64,000 nucleotides of DNA, from the NCBI GenBank assembly GCA_965368975.1, contig CBDUPA010000002.1, positions 448,001-512,000 of the forward strand, read 5' to 3'. Below the pieces are notes generated by a model that did not search any database, had not been told where the DNA came from, and worked only from the letters and a program-made list of their open reading frames with translations. Positions 64,000-64,000 of this stretch are shown piece after piece. Within the stretch, counting starts at the first letter, position 1. Each line of letters starts with the position of its first letter. The translations under genes were made by a program, and so were the position numbers. The DNA comes from an uncultured bacterium (lineage in GTDB: Bacteria > Acidobacteriota > Thermoanaerobaculia > Multivoradales > JAHZIX01).

Positions 64000-64000
64000 T

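Overview
GC-rich bacterial window; taxonomy cannot be fixed from sequence alone. It holds housekeeping blocks: ffh, a complete F1Fo ATP synthase operon, hppD-hmgA, wzm/wzt, a MacAB-like ABC exporter, queD, a long-chain acyl-CoA ligase, an EVE protein, a complete suf operon with its Rrf2 regulator, and dusB. These are interleaved with pieces of NRPS/PKS assembly lines. (i) The A-PCP end of an NRPS lies at the left edge. (ii) A hybrid-type KS-AT-KR(DH)-ACP PKS is followed by a terminal C-pseudoA-A(keto acid)-KR-PCP-TE depsipeptide NRPS; four co-oriented genes, including ffh, separate this pair from (i). (iii) An isolated LLM monooxygenase-C-A(Val)-PCP NRPS lies near the right edge. Next to dusB is an Mrr-like nuclease/NB-ARC/TPR protein, a candidate NLR-like defence gene. 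The best candidate for a new system is the depsipeptide NRPS-PKS locus with an embedded ffh, a possible self-resistance or target copy. No rRNA, tRNA, CRISPR array or transposase was recognised. All domain calls come from motifs read by eye; no searches were run.
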